From positions 1-64,000 of the IMG/VR virus record IMGVR_UViG_3300021963_000057: 64,000 nucleotides of DNA. The stretch is one strand, 5' to 3'. Under the pieces are notes generated by a model. That model searched no databases. It saw only the letters and a program-made list of their open reading frames with translations, and was not told the DNA's origin. This DNA comes from a virus. Shown here piece by piece: positions 61,494 through 64,000 of the stretch (its first letter is position 1; every line of letters starts with the position of its first letter). Position numbers and translations under genes: made by a program.

Positions 61494-61568
61494 GGGCCTA
61501 TAGCTTAATGGTAAAGCAGTGAACTCATAATTCATTGAGTCTAGGTTCAATTCCTAGTGGGCCCACCA
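61494..61568 (+). tRNA. tRNA with CAT anticodon, likely tRNA-Ile2 (lysidine type)
   Basis: Cloverleaf with GGGCCTA/TGGGCCC acceptor, anticodon loop CTCATAA, T loop GGTTCAA and encoded CCA; C4-G69 and C5-G68 pairs as in TilS substrates; G1-C72 excludes initiator tRNA. Confidence 0.9.
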
Positions 61569-61586
61569 TTTTTATTAAGGAGTATC

Positions 61587-62036
61587 ATGTCGATTACAAT
61601 TAAAAATCTTGAGAGTGCATTGGCTGGAGAAAGTCAGGCACATATCAAATATCGTTACTTTGCTAAGATTGCTCGTGAAGAAGGTCACGAAGAAATTGCA
61701 AAACACTTTGAACACACAGCTGACCAAGAATTGCTTCATGCATGGGGTCATTTGGAGTTGTTGATTGGTAAACCATCAACCAAAGAATGTTTGGAGAAAG
61801 CAATTGAAGGTGAAACATATGAGTTCACACAGATGTATCCAAATATGAAAGCAGAAGCAGAGTTAGAAGGAAATCAGGAAGCTGTTCGTGAAGCTGCACA
61901 TCAAATTGCAGAATCACAAACTCACGCTGAAGAATTCCGTGCAGTACTTGCTAAGGCAGAAAAACGTTTCGCTGCTTTGACTAAGATTGAAAAACGCCAT
62001 GCAGAAGCATATCAACAAAAATTGGGAGAACTATAA
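61587..62036 (+). CDS. Rubrerythrin (di-iron ferritin-like)
   Basis: Start 61587 after AAGGAG; NLESALAGES.A..Y..FA..A..EG..A.QE..HA, AIEGETYE...MYP, ES..HA. Confidence 0.9.
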   Translation: MSITIKNLESALAGESQAHIKYRYFAKIAREEGHEEIAKHFEHTADQELLHAWGHLELLIGKPSTKECLEKAIEGETYEFTQMYPNMKAEAELEGNQEAVREAAHQIAESQTHAEEFRAVLAKAEKRFAALTKIEKRHAEAYQQKLGEL

Positions 62037-62170
62037 TGAGTGAAATACATGTGTGCGTAGTTTGTGGACATGAACATGATGAAGCAACAGAAGGTGCATG
62101 GAACACATTGCCTGATGACTTTATTTGTCCTGAATGTGGATGTGGTAAAGAAGATTACGAGGTCCTGTGA
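62036..62170 (+). CDS. Rubredoxin (44 aa, absent from the ORF track)
   Basis: MSEIHVCVVCGHEHDEATEGAWNTLPDDFICPECGCGKEDYEVL; two CxxC motifs; TAATG coupling to rubrerythrin. Confidence 0.9.
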   Translation: MSEIHVCVVCGHEHDEATEGAWNTLPDDFICPECGCGKEDYEVL

Positions 62171-62595
62171 AACAAAAATTTCGTGATGCGTATATGAAAG
62201 TGGCTGAGACATTCGCAGAATTGTCCTCGGCTGTTAGACTTCATGTTGGTGCCATTGTAGTCAAAGATGACAGAATTATTTCAATTGGTTACAATGGTAT
62301 GCCCTCAGGTTGGGATAACAACTGTGAGTATGAAGAAGGTGATGAGTTAGGTGGTTATTATTTAAAAACTAAACCTGAGGTGTTACATGCTGAAACAAAT
62401 GCGATTGCCAAGTTGGCTAAATCTAACGAATCTGGTATGGGTGCTACTATGTTTATTACCCATGCTCCATGTTTGGACTGTGCCAAACTTATCTACCAAA
62501 GTGGTATTAACCATGTTTTATACCGGAACTCTTATCGGAGTGATGATGGTATCAAGTTTTTGGAAAAAGCCTTAGTCACTGTGGAAAAAATCTAA
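62167..62595 (+). CDS. cd: dCMP deaminase
   Basis: VGAIVV, GYNG.P, HAE.NAI, PC..CAK. Confidence 0.92.
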   Translation: MKQKFRDAYMKVAETFAELSSAVRLHVGAIVVKDDRIISIGYNGMPSGWDNNCEYEEGDELGGYYLKTKPEVLHAETNAIAKLAKSNESGMGATMFITHAPCLDCAKLIYQSGINHVLYRNSYRSDDGIKFLEKALVTVEKI

Positions 62596-62638
62596 TCATC
62601 TAAATAACTAAGGGTAATGTCGCCCTTAGGAGACCAGG

Positions 62639-63157
62639 ATGATTATTCGTGTGGTTAACTGTCCGGATAGAGACTTCAAACCCTTTATAGAAAGGGCAGC
62701 ACAGTTTTACGCCAAGGAACTAATACCCAATACACGCATAAGAAACAACTGTACAACAGAAATAAAGTTCTGTACAAAGATTAATGAATATGGTTTTGCA
62801 AGTATTGAAGATTACAATACCAGAAAACAACCTCGAAAATTCTTAATAGAGATTCATCCCAACCTTGGTTCAAGAAGAATACTGGAAACACTGGCACATG
62901 AAATGGTTCATGTGAAACAATACATCGAAGGTGAAACCAATGATGAATTGACCAGATGGAGAGGTAAGAGAGTTGATCCAGACAAAATTGATTATTGGGT
63001 TCAGCCATGGGAGATAGATGCTTATGGTCGTGAACCAGGATTACTTACAAAGTTTGCAATATCGGAACATTTGTGGGAAGTATTTGATGATTTTGTTGAT
63101 CCTTCCGGTCCAATAAATTGTTATCCTATTGCATGGAAATTAAAGAATGTCAGTTGA
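62639..63157 (+). CDS. Zn metallopeptidase-like protein (HExxH)
   Basis: TLAHEMVHVKQY..PWEIDAY; TAAATA at 62601. Confidence 0.75.
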   Translation: MIIRVVNCPDRDFKPFIERAAQFYAKELIPNTRIRNNCTTEIKFCTKINEYGFASIEDYNTRKQPRKFLIEIHPNLGSRRILETLAHEMVHVKQYIEGETNDELTRWRGKRVDPDKIDYWVQPWEIDAYGREPGLLTKFAISEHLWEVFDDFVDPSGPINCYPIAWKLKNVS

Positions 63158-63686
63158 AGCGGATAGATTTACTTACGGCCAAGGTAACATAAAGATTGTT
63201 ACAAATTTTCCAGGAAAAAAAGTCAAGTTAGGAAAATATTGTTCAGTTGCAGCAGATGTTCAAGCTTTTCTTGGTGGTAATCACAGAGTTGATTGGATAA
63301 CAACGTTTCCTTTTGGTCACATAAGCACAAGCGAAATCAATGTATCTAAAGTAGATGGACATCCAGGTACAAATGGTGATATCATTATTGGCAATGATGT
63401 TTGGTTAGGAACAGGATGTGTCTTAATGTCTGGTATAACAATTGGTGATGGTGCTGTCGTTGCTGCACATTCTCATGTTGTTAAAGATGTTGCACCTTAT
63501 ACTCTTGTTGGTGGAAATCCAGCAAAGCCAATCAAACTTAGATTCGAACAACATATTGTTGATGCATTAATGGAATTAAAATGGTGGGATTTAGATGTTG
63601 ATGTGGTAAAGTTAATCGTTCCGGTCTTGTGTGCTGAACCAAATTATGATACAATCCAAGACTTAATACAAAAATATAAAAAATAA
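63147..63686 (+). CDS. CatB/Vat-related hexapeptide-repeat O-acetyltransferase
   Basis: GKYCSVA, GGNHRVDWITTFPF, IIIGNDVWLG, ITIGDGAVVAA.S.V.KDV.PY..VGGNPAK.I..RF, LKWWD. Confidence 0.88.
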   Translation: MSVEADRFTYGQGNIKIVTNFPGKKVKLGKYCSVAADVQAFLGGNHRVDWITTFPFGHISTSEINVSKVDGHPGTNGDIIIGNDVWLGTGCVLMSGITIGDGAVVAAHSHVVKDVAPYTLVGGNPAKPIKLRFEQHIVDALMELKWWDLDVDVVKLIVPVLCAEPNYDTIQDLIQKYKK

Positions 63687-63700
63687 TTTCAAAAAACCGC

Positions 63701-63729
63701 TTGCCGAGGCTTAAAAGTTCCTATATAAT
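63701..63729 (+). promoter_or_regulatory. sigma70-type promoter of the leader ORF
   Basis: TTGCCG(63701)-17 nt-TATAAT(63724), A-rich upstream element; predicted +1 falls on the ATG at 63736. Confidence 0.7.
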
Positions 63730-63735
63730 AACACT

Positions 63736-63849
63736 ATGAAAAATATTAAACACATATCCTTATCGTTGCAGCCGGAGTATCGCACATTTAATTGCGCTGA
63801 TAGCTCATGGGCGATTACGACCGGGTTTTGTGTAAAGATGGAGAACTAA
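63736..63849 (+). CDS. Putative 37-aa attenuator leader peptide containing all 20 amino acids
   Basis: MKNIKHISLSLQPEYRTFNCADSSWAITTGFCVKMEN*; leaderless; 31 distinct codons; 3' part complementary to the terminator 5' arm. Confidence 0.65.
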   Translation: MKNIKHISLSLQPEYRTFNCADSSWAITTGFCVKMEN

Positions 63850-63872
63850 TACAGAAGTTCTAAAAAAGACTC

Positions 63873-63917
63873 CAAACACAAAACCCTAGACCTAAAAAAT
63901 CTAGGGTTTTTTGTTTG
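63873..63917 (+). terminator. Intrinsic terminator of the attenuator, competing with an antiterminator at 63823-63886
   Basis: AAAACCCTAGA(63880-63890)/TCTAGGGTTTT(63900-63910) plus TTGTTTG; GGGTTTTGTGT(63823-63833) can alternatively pair with ACACAAAACCC(63876-63886). Confidence 0.85.
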
Positions 63918-63939
63918 TTGTTTCAATACAACGTAGTGG

Positions 63940-63987
63940 TTGCCAGAATCTTTGGTTCTGTTACAATACACACTGTTCTTTAAAAAT
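63940..63987 (+). promoter_or_regulatory. Second promoter followed by a boxA-like antitermination site
   Basis: TTGCCA(63940)-16 nt-TACAAT(63962) with extended -10 TG; TGTTCTTTAAAAAT(63974-63987) versus rrn boxA TGCTCTTTAACA. Confidence 0.55.
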
Positions 63988-64000
63988 TTGTTGTAGTTTA

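Noticed and set aside
61494-61568. Initiator tRNA-fMet call
   Set aside because: Paired G1-C72 and no run of three G-C pairs in the anticodon stem.
49051-61586. Upstream starts in the ORF track for 49051, 54671, 56749, 61224 and 61557
   Set aside because: The extensions overlap other genes, terminators or the tRNA; better-supported starts are 49195, 54704, 56863, 61311 and 61587.
965-63008. Numerous minus-strand and alternate-frame ORFs of 60-180 aa in the ORF track
   Set aside because: They lie within well-supported + strand genes, lack SD sites and recognisable motifs, and are explained by codon bias and low-complexity repeats.
1-64000. Stop-codon reassignment (alternative genetic code)
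   Set aside because: Core genes translate full-length with the standard code and end at expected positions with TAA or TGA.

Overview
This 64 kb window comes from a large, AT-rich T4-like myovirus. Essentially all real genes are on the + strand. No cyanophage photosynthesis genes are present here, and the host is probably a proteobacterium (inference). Layout: baseplate and a long accessory tail-fibre/receptor-binding region (1-30352); neck, terminase, tail and head core gp13-gp23 plus gp3 (30403-46076); recombination, replication and late-transcription genes (uvsY, uvsW, gp55, gp47/46, dNMP kinase, gp45, dsbA, gp44/62, regA; 46161-60566) mixed with accessory genes (TagD-like cytidylyltransferase, peptide deformylase, Druantia DruA/DUF4338-like protein, glycosyltransferase, ParB-like protein); and a stress/translation island (Hsp20 behind a ROSE-like thermometer, tRNA-Ile2/Met(CAT), rubrerythrin, rubredoxin, dCMP deaminase, metallopeptidase, CatB/Vat-like acetyltransferase). 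The most striking unannotated element is at the far end (63701-63990): a leaderless 37-codon ORF containing all 20 amino acids and 31 different codons. Its 3' end forms an antiterminator that is mutually exclusive with an intrinsic terminator, and it is followed by a second promoter and a boxA-like site. It looks like a general tRNA-pool-sensing attenuator controlling genes just beyond the window, predicted to be a tRNA or stable-RNA cluster. Other regulatory oddities are promoters fused to terminator hairpins, a strong antisense sigma70 promoter in front of the late sigma gene, and leaderless mRNAs.
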